Part shown: positions 16,523-24,458 of the stretch, in pieces | Layout of the letters: the number at the start of each line of letters is the position of its first letter | Position numbering within the stretch: the first letter of the stretch is position 1 | IMG/VR virus record: IMGVR_UViG_3300014204_000139 | Coordinates: 31,655 to 95,654 of that record | From: a virus | Lineage: Duplodnaviria > Caudoviricetes | Length of the DNA stretch: 64,000 nucleotides | Direction: 5' to 3' (one strand) | Translations under genes and position numbers: made by a program | Notes under the pieces: generated by a model | Database searches by the model: none | Seen by the model: only the letters and a program-made list of their open reading frames with translations | Told to the model about the DNA's origin: nothing

Positions 16523-17003
16523 TCCCAGTAACTAAAACTACTAATTTATCATTATCAATTTTAATTCTTTCATATCTCATTTTACATTCAGATAAATTTC
16601 CATTATGATCTGAAAATCCACAGGTACTTATAGATTTAAAACCCTTTCTCTCTTTATATTTCAAAAGTTCAATTAGTTTTTCATCTTTCTCAATTTCATC
16701 TTTATAATATTCTAAATATATCGATGATTTATCTCTTTCATCTTTAATCAATCTTTTATAAGTAATTATATTTTTTTCTATTTCTTTAATTTTATCGTTA
16801 ATATCTATTACTTTAACATAATCTTTTTCATTTATAATTTTAATAACCTCATATACATTTACATTATAAATTTCATCAATAAATTCAAAAGATCTCCAGT
16901 TATCTTTCATAACTGAATAAAGATCATTTAATTCTCTTCCTCTAAAAACAAAAATATATGAAGTTGAACTTGAGTTAGTTACAAAATCTCTTTTTATTAA
17001 CAT
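16515..17003 (-). CDS. DFVTNSS-motif protein 6
   Basis: Starts MLIKRDFVTNSSSTSYI. Confidence 0.85.
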   Translation of the reverse strand: MLIKRDFVTNSSSTSYIFVFRGRELNDLYSVMKDNWRSFEFIDEIYNVNVYEVIKIINEKDYVKVIDINDKIKEIEKNIITYKRLIKDERDKSSIYLEYYKDEIEKDEKLIELLKYKERKGFKSISTCGFSDHNGNLSECKMRYERIKIDNDKLVVLVTGNE

Positions 17004-17364
17004 TAATCATTCTAGCCTTTATAAGCGTGTAAGATGAAGATTCTTTTTTACCAAAAATTTTTTCTAACCAGTTTAAAATTCCAGTTGTATTACATGTATC
17101 ACAACTAAGATTCATTTTAGAATTAGGCTTAGTAAAACAATCAGGACATAAAAAATTTGGTGGTTTAATTATAACTACAAATACTTCTTTACATATTGTA
17201 CATCTAAAAATATATTTTGATTGATTAATTTTTCTTAAAAGTTTTAAATAATATCTTGTATAAGATTCACTAGAAAAATTTGGAAATGGACCATGATTAT
17301 TAATACATTTTAAACCTTCCGAACTAATGAATTTTTTAGTATTACTATTATATATTGTTATCAT
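16975..17364 (-). CDS. zinc-finger hypothetical protein
   Basis: CTIC, CPDC, CDTCNTTG. Confidence 0.6.
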   Translation of the reverse strand: MITIYNSNTKKFISSEGLKCINNHGPFPNFSSESYTRYYLKLLRKINQSKYIFRCTICKEVFVVIIKPPNFLCPDCFTKPNSKMNLSCDTCNTTGILNWLEKIFGKKESSSYTLIKARMINVNKKRFCN

Positions 17365-17493
17365 TAATTAATTCTTTATTCATTATCTTTAATTTAGTAG
17401 AACATTCTCTACTAAATTGAAAAATATAATTAGTATCTAAAGTATATAAGATATCATCAAAAATATTTCTAAAGATTAATTTTTTTTCTTCAA

Positions 17494-18567
17494 TTAATCC
17501 AATTGACATTTTGTCTCCTTAGATAAAAGAAATCTTTTTGTAATTTTTTGACAAAGTTTATCAATTGCAACTTTATTTGCTGTATGTGGAAGAACAGACT
17601 TCTCATATAGTTCATTAAATTTTAAATCAAATGATTCTAGAAGATTTGAAATTTCTTCATATTTATAAGTGCCATTTTTAATTTCAAGTAAGAATTTTGC
17701 ATCTGGTCTTGGAAATGTTATTTTTCCTGTTGTTAATAATTCTTCGCCTTCAGTAATTAATCTTACTAAATGTGAACCATGTTTTGTATCAAATCCATAT
17801 TTTTCTTCTAGTTTTGCTCTTTCTGGATTTCTATTCTTTTTCCAATTTTCATACTGATTAAAATATCTTTCTGCCATTGCATAAGAATTTTCTTTTTGAA
17901 GAATTTCTATAAATTGATCAGAAATAGGTAAAATTGCTTGAGTTGCTTCTTTGTCTAAATTTGGAAATTGTTTGCAAAGAGCTTTAAAATCATAAGTCTC
18001 TTGCATTTGTTCTAGTTGTTCTTTTAGAGGATGAAACTCTTTAACATTCTCTAACTTCATTGCAACTAATACATTTAAAGCACCAATTTGATCTTTTGTT
18101 AAATCAGATTTAGATTCAGATAAACCATAATCAGATCTTTTTGGTTTTTTAGTTGGAGGATTTAGTAACCAAGATCTATGTAGTTTAATTCTATTAAATT
18201 GAGAATGAGCATAACCTGAAAATGTAAATTTAGACTTTTTAGAAACAAATAAGTCTCTATTTTTTGAAATTTGTAACCAGTCTACTGAGTTCTGTAGCCA
18301 TTTATCTTTTGGAACAAATAAAAGTTCAATAATATTTGGGTTATTTTCCATTGCTAACTGCATAAATTTTCTAATTTCAAAATATGTTATATCATTTTTC
18401 TTATCTTCAAATTGCTCTACTCTATTTAAGAACCCATAAAAATATGTTTCATCTGCAATAAAAACACCTCGTTCATCAATATCTGATTGTGGTGTATTTG
18501 TGCCATATAGATGTGATCCAGCTAAACATCTAAAAATTAATTTAAAGGAGTTTGGAAGTTGAATCAA
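17494..18567 (-). CDS. Pol-beta superfamily nucleotidyltransferase (RlaP/NrdC.11-like)
   Basis: GSHLYGTNTPQSDIDERG (GS + DxD), NNPNIIELL, GFDTKHGSHLVRL. Confidence 0.88.
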   Translation of the reverse strand: MIQLPNSFKLIFRCLAGSHLYGTNTPQSDIDERGVFIADETYFYGFLNRVEQFEDKKNDITYFEIRKFMQLAMENNPNIIELLFVPKDKWLQNSVDWLQISKNRDLFVSKKSKFTFSGYAHSQFNRIKLHRSWLLNPPTKKPKRSDYGLSESKSDLTKDQIGALNVLVAMKLENVKEFHPLKEQLEQMQETYDFKALCKQFPNLDKEATQAILPISDQFIEILQKENSYAMAERYFNQYENWKKNRNPERAKLEEKYGFDTKHGSHLVRLITEGEELLTTGKITFPRPDAKFLLEIKNGTYKYEEISNLLESFDLKFNELYEKSVLPHTANKVAIDKLCQKITKRFLLSKETKCQLD

Positions 18568-18596
18568 TTCTTATTACCTTTCTTTTTATTAAAATA

Positions 18597-18634
18597 ATAT
18601 CCGCATTAGACAAACTAATATCTAATGCGGATAT
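18597..18634. terminator. 14-bp hairpin between the 633-aa gene and the nucleotidyltransferase
   Basis: ATATCCGCATTAGA / TCTAATGCGGATAT. Confidence 0.6.
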
Positions 18635-18641
18635 CTTAAAC

Positions 18642-20543
18642 TTAGCTAATCAGATTTATTATTGTATCTTTCTCTAAACTTTCAGGTGAAAGATCAATAT
18701 CACAATCTTCTTTTGAGTCAACCAATATTGCTCCAGATTTCTCTAAAACCTCATTTAATGTTATACTACCAAAATTAAAGTCAAAAAGAAACTGTCTAAT
18801 TTTATTGGTTGATTTTGTTGCTCTTGATGTTATTGAATCCCCAAATGAGGTTTCAACATAATAGAATTTACACTCTTTCTCGTTAGTAACCATCAACCCA
18901 ATAATTTTCTGACGAGTTGAAATTTTAGCACTGTCGGACGAGATAACGTTATTTGGACTAATCATATAATTTCTGGAAAGATTTTCTCTTACATCTCTTC
19001 CAACAATTATTTTGAATGGAACCTCAACCTTTTCGTTAAAATTATAATAGTTGACAAACATAATTGAACATATGGAACTATTTTTATTTACATGAAATAA
19101 TTCTGTAGCACCATTTGGAGGAGTTGCAGAGGTCATATCTCCAGAAAATAAAACAGTTAAATTCTGATTCCTGTAACGTCCATCCCATCCTATTTTGTCT
19201 CCAAGATGATTAATCAAAGAGAGATCTAGATCAATTCTATTTTCTCCAACATCATTCCAATGAATACCAAAAATCATATTATTTGGAACACTAATACAGG
19301 TTCCAGATGGAAAATTTCCAACAAATTGTTTTTCTGTTGCAGGTAATGAATATGTAATATTTTTTGGAATATAAATATTCTTTCCTGCAACCTTTTGTCG
19401 GAGATTTTCACTTATAGATTTTAGAATAATGTTCAATGCATCTTGATGTTTTTTAGAACTTAATTCATTAAAATCTGTAACAAAATTTTTTCCATTTCTA
19501 ATTCTATACAATATATAACTTGGTTCAGATTCTCTAAACTTTACTGAATATACAAGTCTTATTTTTCTAAAGACATTTACTTTTTTTAATTCTTTTTCAA
19601 GAATTTCTAAATCTAGAGTATCATTTTTAATTTTAGATGTTACACTGTTTAGAAAATCTTCTGGCATCGGTTTATGAAAACGTACTGCAAGTCTTCTGAT
19701 TCTATTAATTATGTTATTCATTTCTTCACTTCTTTTAAATGCTAGAAATAAAGGTTTAAATCTGTAGAAAATCTCGCCAAGATGTTCAATACCAAATTCT
19801 TTATCATATTTTTTAAATAATTTGTAAACAATATCTTTGGTGATTGTCATTGATACTTTTATTTCTGAAATTGTATTTGGATCTTTAATCAACAACGTTC
19901 TCCCAATAGATTTAAATATTACAAATCTTAGGAATTCAATAGGATTCTTTGGAATTTTATTTAGACTATCATATAGAACAACTCTAACTTCTTTATTTTT
20001 AATTTGAACCAACTCATCTTCAGAAAAATTAAAAAGTTGTTTAATAAGATTAACCATGCCAATTTTTGTATCATCTTTTAAAGCGATTCCAGACTTTAGA
20101 ACTGCAAAAACTTTTTCTTTTAATTCTTCTATAGTGTATCCCTTAATAACTGTCAAGGGAATTTTATCTAAATTGATTCTTGGAAGTTCTAATTTTTCAC
20201 ATGGAATATAAACTGAATTATTATCATATACACCAAGAGCCTCAAATCCATATGTAGTTATGTAATGCATTATTTGCTCAATTACTAAAACTTCAATATT
20301 TGTTTCTTTTATTTTTCTCCATGATTTATGAAAGGTGTTGTTTATCTTTCTTGAATTAAATCCAATTGTTTCTTCAATCATGGGAATTATTTTAATTAAA
20401 AAATCTGTATCATAGTTATAAATTACTTCTGGTGCATAAATAAATCCACTTTTAATTGTTTCTTTGAGAAGTTTTTTATTTGCTTCTTTTTTTCCATTTT
20501 TTGTAATTGGTAATGCTTTGAATAAACTAATAAATGTCTGCAT
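18642..20543 (-). CDS. large helical protein with C-terminal TerD-like domain (possible Ro/TROVE(Rot)-TerD-type RNA-binding protein)
   Basis: EQIMHYITTYG in the helical region; FGIHW..RIDLDLS..IGWDG..FSGDMTSA..GATE in the C-terminal region. Confidence 0.55.
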   Translation of the reverse strand: MQTFISLFKALPITKNGKKEANKKLLKETIKSGFIYAPEVIYNYDTDFLIKIIPMIEETIGFNSRKINNTFHKSWRKIKETNIEVLVIEQIMHYITTYGFEALGVYDNNSVYIPCEKLELPRINLDKIPLTVIKGYTIEELKEKVFAVLKSGIALKDDTKIGMVNLIKQLFNFSEDELVQIKNKEVRVVLYDSLNKIPKNPIEFLRFVIFKSIGRTLLIKDPNTISEIKVSMTITKDIVYKLFKKYDKEFGIEHLGEIFYRFKPLFLAFKRSEEMNNIINRIRRLAVRFHKPMPEDFLNSVTSKIKNDTLDLEILEKELKKVNVFRKIRLVYSVKFRESEPSYILYRIRNGKNFVTDFNELSSKKHQDALNIILKSISENLRQKVAGKNIYIPKNITYSLPATEKQFVGNFPSGTCISVPNNMIFGIHWNDVGENRIDLDLSLINHLGDKIGWDGRYRNQNLTVLFSGDMTSATPPNGATELFHVNKNSSICSIMFVNYYNFNEKVEVPFKIIVGRDVRENLSRNYMISPNNVISSDSAKISTRQKIIGLMVTNEKECKFYYVETSFGDSITSRATKSTNKIRQFLFDFNFGSITLNEVLEKSGAILVDSKEDCDIDLSPESLEKDTIINLIS

Positions 20544-20560
20544 AAAAATTTCCTTTCTTT

Positions 20561-20601
20561 AAGCGAATGGTATTTTGATTTAATAAGGACCATATATGCT
20601 T
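20561..20601 (-). promoter_or_regulatory. fifth copy of the bulged-hairpin motif, in the leader of the 633-aa gene
   Basis: AAGC-G-AATGGT-AT-9nt-AT-AAGG-ACCATA-TAT-GCTT (plus strand); directly upstream of the AAAGGA RBS. Confidence 0.7.
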
Positions 20602-20622
20602 TAAATAATACCTTTTATTTTG

Positions 20623-21180
20623 TTATCTTAGTTTTATAGGTGCAGCCTTTTTTTCTTCAAAAGCTTTTTCAGTTTCTGTTGATGTAATAATTGTCATTTT
20701 AGAAAGATCAATCTTTGGGAATCCCAACATACTTGCAATAATACTTCTTGGAAAAATTCCCAACATTGTCTCATAGACTCTCTTTTTATCAATCAACATT
20801 TTTTGATTCATCTCAAAATCATTTCTTCCAGCTTCAATTACTTGTTGAATTTTAACATAGAGACTTGAATCAAAGTTTGGATTATGTTCCTTGATAAACT
20901 GAAACATTGCTTTTGATCCTTCTGCGCCATATCTAGCAGAAATAGCACTATTGTACACCTTTTTCATATCTTCAGTATACATATCAGGTACCTGGGCAAC
21001 TTCCTTAACCTTTTTAAAGAAGTTATCATAGTTATTTCTATTCTGGTCATATTGTGCTTTAATGATCTGTTCTTGTTTTACCATGTCATTATTTATACCA
21101 ATGATTGCTGAACAAGAACCAATTGCAAGGACCAAAATAATCACTGCAAATACCATAAAGATTTTCATTCCAGTCTTCAT
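20623..21180 (-). CDS. LemA-like membrane-anchored protein
   Basis: N-terminal TM helix, coiled coil, IEAGRNDF..YE....FP..IIA..LGF. Confidence 0.7.
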   Translation of the reverse strand: MKTGMKIFMVFAVIILVLAIGSCSAIIGINNDMVKQEQIIKAQYDQNRNNYDNFFKKVKEVAQVPDMYTEDMKKVYNSAISARYGAEGSKAMFQFIKEHNPNFDSSLYVKIQQVIEAGRNDFEMNQKMLIDKKRVYETMLGIFPRSIIASMLGFPKIDLSKMTIITSTETEKAFEEKKAAPIKLR

Positions 21181-21201
21181 TCTTTTTTTCCTCCAAAATA
21201 C

Positions 21202-22299
21202 TTAGTTTTTATAAAAATATAGTGTTAAAAAGAAACAAATAATTGAGTTTATTATAGTTGCCACTAATAGCTGACCTTCTGTTGGTGCTATACTAGCTGA
21301 CAAATATTCAAAATCTCTCATCCTTTTTCTTTGATAATTTACCCTTACATTACTTTCTATTTCTGAATATATTTTTGGCATATCCAATGTTCCGATAGAC
21401 ATAATTGAATCTCTTAATTTAACTCTAAATATGTCACTATTAGCCAAACAAATTACATTTACCCATTCAATTTTTTTATTTGTTTCATCAACTGAAATTA
21501 CAATAATTATGTCGTTTTTATTTCCTCCTCTCCATTTTTGGTCAAGTGCATAAATATAATTTGGATTTTGTTTCTTTACCAAGTTTATGATTATATTACA
21601 TTGTTTTGCAGGACTAATTCTTCCATTCATTTCAGATAAATTAGTTTGTAATTCACCAATATTTTTTATTGGAACCTCACTTACAATAAATCTATCTAAT
21701 CTGTAATAGTCATAAATCCCAAAAGGATATTCTGGTATTTTAAAACCTTCATATTTAGCTTCTTTACTAAATAAGTTTCCCTTTGACGCCTTAACATAGT
21801 CTTTATATTCATGTTTACTTGATGTTGGTTCTCCAATTTTAACTTGATCAAATCTTTGAGGAGTTTTTAAACCTTGTCTATCTATTCTATCAATTGTAAA
21901 TCTTTCACCCGTATTATCATGAACTCTATACGAAAAATCATAAGGATGTTCATAACAGGTATCACATGTTGTACTGCATGATCTATTCTTTCCAGAACCA
22001 GAACAAGATTCTCTACAATTACATGAGTAGCTATGTTCACAAGAAACTTTTTCTCTTACTTTTTTTGTAACTAAACCATTCCAGATCTCATCATGCGTCA
22101 CATTTTGGTGATAAATAAAAACTATTGAAAGTGCCGCTATGATTATTGAAACTGAAATTAGAATTAAAAATTCTTTAATTGTAATTTGTCTTATATTTAT
22201 TCCAAATCTATTTTTTTGATTTTTAGTTGAATATATAACACCTGCAGCAACTATACAAAACGGAACTATCAAAATTACCAGAAAGTATAGAAAGTTCAT
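21202..22299 (-). CDS. membrane protein with Cys-rich loop and TPM-like domain
   Basis: Three TM segments; CEHSYSCNC...CDTCYEH; WRGGNKNDIIIVI; adjacent to the LemA-like gene. Confidence 0.65.
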   Translation of the reverse strand: MNFLYFLVILIVPFCIVAAGVIYSTKNQKNRFGINIRQITIKEFLILISVSIIIAALSIVFIYHQNVTHDEIWNGLVTKKVREKVSCEHSYSCNCRESCSGSGKNRSCSTTCDTCYEHPYDFSYRVHDNTGERFTIDRIDRQGLKTPQRFDQVKIGEPTSSKHEYKDYVKASKGNLFSKEAKYEGFKIPEYPFGIYDYYRLDRFIVSEVPIKNIGELQTNLSEMNGRISPAKQCNIIINLVKKQNPNYIYALDQKWRGGNKNDIIIVISVDETNKKIEWVNVICLANSDIFRVKLRDSIMSIGTLDMPKIYSEIESNVRVNYQRKRMRDFEYLSASIAPTEGQLLVATIINSIICFFLTLYFYKN

Positions 22300-22308
22300 A
22301 TATTTACC

Positions 22309-22956
22309 TCAAAATTTTAGTTTTCCTCTTTCTTCTGGCGGAAAATCTAAGTATTTTAATTTAGTAATAATTCTTTCACCAGATCTTGTATATAACTCTT
22401 CTTCTGGTTTTGCAACAATTCCCTCTGCTGGAAGATTTGCAAGATTTGATATAAATCCATTTTTTACAATTTCAAGCATTTCTTTTAAAGTTCCGCTTCC
22501 AATATTTGGAACAATATTAAAATTAAATTTTTTTGCAATCATTTGTTTAGAAATATTATTTAGCCACCATCCATCAATATTAATATCAATTAGAATTATT
22601 GAAACTCCATTTGGAAGATATCTTGATCCATCATTTTCTTGGATCCCTTTTCCATAACCTTCAAAATACATCTCAACTTCTTTATCTTTAAACATTTCTT
22701 CAAATAAATCAATTTTTGAAAAAACTTTTTCACCACAATAATTTATCAATGGAACTGGAATTTGACTTCCTGGATTTCCAAAAGATATACAATTATTATT
22801 CCATTTAATACAAATATTAGTACCATTTATTTTTTCAGTAAAATTCCAAATATTATTTTGTAAATATCTAAATTCAGGTATAGAATAATCACCAACAATT
22901 AATCTTTTTGAGTTATCTCTTTTAAACAATGATTGTATTTTATGATATTCCTTCAT
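22309..22956 (-). CDS. ATP-dependent RNA ligase-family nucleotidyltransferase (short Rnl2-like)
   Basis: Motif I TEKINGTN, FEGYG, AEGIVAKP, ITKLK. Confidence 0.8.
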   Translation of the reverse strand: MKEYHKIQSLFKRDNSKRLIVGDYSIPEFRYLQNNIWNFTEKINGTNICIKWNNNCISFGNPGSQIPVPLINYCGEKVFSKIDLFEEMFKDKEVEMYFEGYGKGIQENDGSRYLPNGVSIILIDINIDGWWLNNISKQMIAKKFNFNIVPNIGSGTLKEMLEIVKNGFISNLANLPAEGIVAKPEEELYTRSGERIITKLKYLDFPPEERGKLKF

Positions 22957-22959
22957 TAT

Positions 22960-23451
22960 TTACCCCATAAAAGCTTCATTAAATCTTGATCTTGAATTTT
23001 TAAAATTATGTACAATTAATTTACAAATATTTTCTATTTCTGCTTTTTCCATTCCGTCTTTTATAAGTTCATCTTCTAGAGTAGATAAAGCTAGATACAT
23101 TATATCACCTGATATAAATTCTCTTCCTAAACAATGTAAAAATTTTTGAAATAATGGATCTAAATTTTTATTTTCTTCTTTTATTACTGTTCTATTTTTT
23201 ATGTCTTGTCTCCAAGAATTTAAACCACAACAACAACCAGCACCTACATATAATTCTTCTCTATATGAAGTCCCCATCTTTCCTGGTATTTGCATTAATT
23301 TACAAAAATATCTATTTTCTTCTTCTGACCAATTTAATGCTTTACAAATATCAGATGATCCAAAAAGTCTTAAACCAGCTGCACATTTAGTTTTAATACA
23401 ACAAAATCCACAACCAACACATGGTTTAGTTATAATTTTAAAATCATCCAT
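22960..23451 (-). CDS. CxxCxxCC (YkgJ-like) Cys-cluster protein
   Basis: PCVGCGFCC...C...C...GAGCC. Confidence 0.65.
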   Translation of the reverse strand: MDDFKIITKPCVGCGFCCIKTKCAAGLRLFGSSDICKALNWSEEENRYFCKLMQIPGKMGTSYREELYVGAGCCCGLNSWRQDIKNRTVIKEENKNLDPLFQKFLHCLGREFISGDIMYLALSTLEDELIKDGMEKAEIENICKLIVHNFKNSRSRFNEAFMG

Positions 23452-23723
23452 TATGAATACCTCTTAAAGGTAAATACTTCTTTTGCAATTTTAATTTGAT
23501 CTTTATATGGAAGATCTCTAAATTCTAATAATTCTTCTTTTTTAAAACCACCATGAGTTTCCATGTAATCTGCATCTAAAACAACTTCTATAACTTCTCT
23601 TTGCGGAATTGACTCACCAACTCCTTCACATTGAAAGATATCACTTGAAATTGCATCCCATGTATTTCGCATACATCTATGAACCTTTTCAATTGTTTCT
23701 TTTGGTAGTAATTCTTTTTTCAT
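23451..23723 (-). CDS. hypothetical protein
   Basis: 90-aa ORF in operon. Confidence 0.65.
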   Translation of the reverse strand: MKKELLPKETIEKVHRCMRNTWDAISSDIFQCEGVGESIPQREVIEVVLDADYMETHGGFKKEELLEFRDLPYKDQIKIAKEVFTFKRYS

Positions 23724-23741
23724 TCTTTCCTTTCCTTTCCT

Positions 23742-24095
23742 TTAATCTACTACAAATACTTCTGGATAACAAATTGTTCCTTGTGGAACTACAGCTATTC
23801 TATAAATATCTCTATTTCCTTCATAAAAATATTTTATAGAAGTTTCAAAACTGATATTTTTAGATGATATAGCTATACATTCTGGTATATTTCCTCTTTT
23901 TAATGGAATTACTCTTAAAATTTTATCGCCAGGTACCACAAAATTTTTAGCATCTTTTTTTCTTTTAAAACAAAAGATTCCCAAAGTATTATCTTTTGCT
24001 TTTACAGTCGATCCTGTTTCATATTTTAAATAATACTCACTACCTTTAACTATTATACTTTCTCTATTTTTATTAACAACTTTATATCTTATCAT
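23742..24095 (-). CDS. hypothetical protein, paralog of the upstream gene
   Basis: YKVV..NRESIIV, LGIFCFK.K.DA, ILRV.PLKRG, GTICYPEV. Confidence 0.75.
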   Translation of the reverse strand: MIRYKVVNKNRESIIVKGSEYYLKYETGSTVKAKDNTLGIFCFKRKKDAKNFVVPGDKILRVIPLKRGNIPECIAISSKNISFETSIKYFYEGNRDIYRIAVVPQGTICYPEVFVVD

Positions 24096-24111
24096 ATTTT
24101 AAGTTTCCCCT

Positions 24112-24458
24112 TTAATCAATTACCAATACTTCTGGATAGCAAATTGTACCTTCTGGTCCACCATAAGAAATTTTTGTATTCATTTTTCTTCTATAAAAAT
24201 TTTCTAGGTTGTGGGTATCCAAGCCTATTTTTTTGGACTTTTTCCTCTTTTTAATGGAACAACCCTTAAAATTCTAGATGTTGTAAAGTTATTTGCAAAA
24301 TGTGTAGCATCTCTTTTTGTTTTGAAACAAAATACACCCAAACTATCATCTTTACCTTTTATAATAGATCCTTTTTCATATTTTAATATAAATTTAAGAT
24401 CCCTAACTATAATACTTTCTCTATTATGATCTACAACTTTATATTTATATTTAGTCAT
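24112..24458 (-). pseudogene. paralog of 23742..24095 interrupted by a -1 frameshift at an A7 run (24228-24234)
   Basis: Frame 0 ends ..SPKK*; the -1 frame continues IGLDTHNLENFY...PEGTICYPEVLVID*. Confidence 0.75.

Noticed and set aside
12756-17003. Diversity-generating retroelement or DNA-repeat explanation for the shared N-termini
   Set aside because: Motif codons differ synonymously between copies, no reverse transcriptase is present and there is no adenine-specific template/variable repeat pair.
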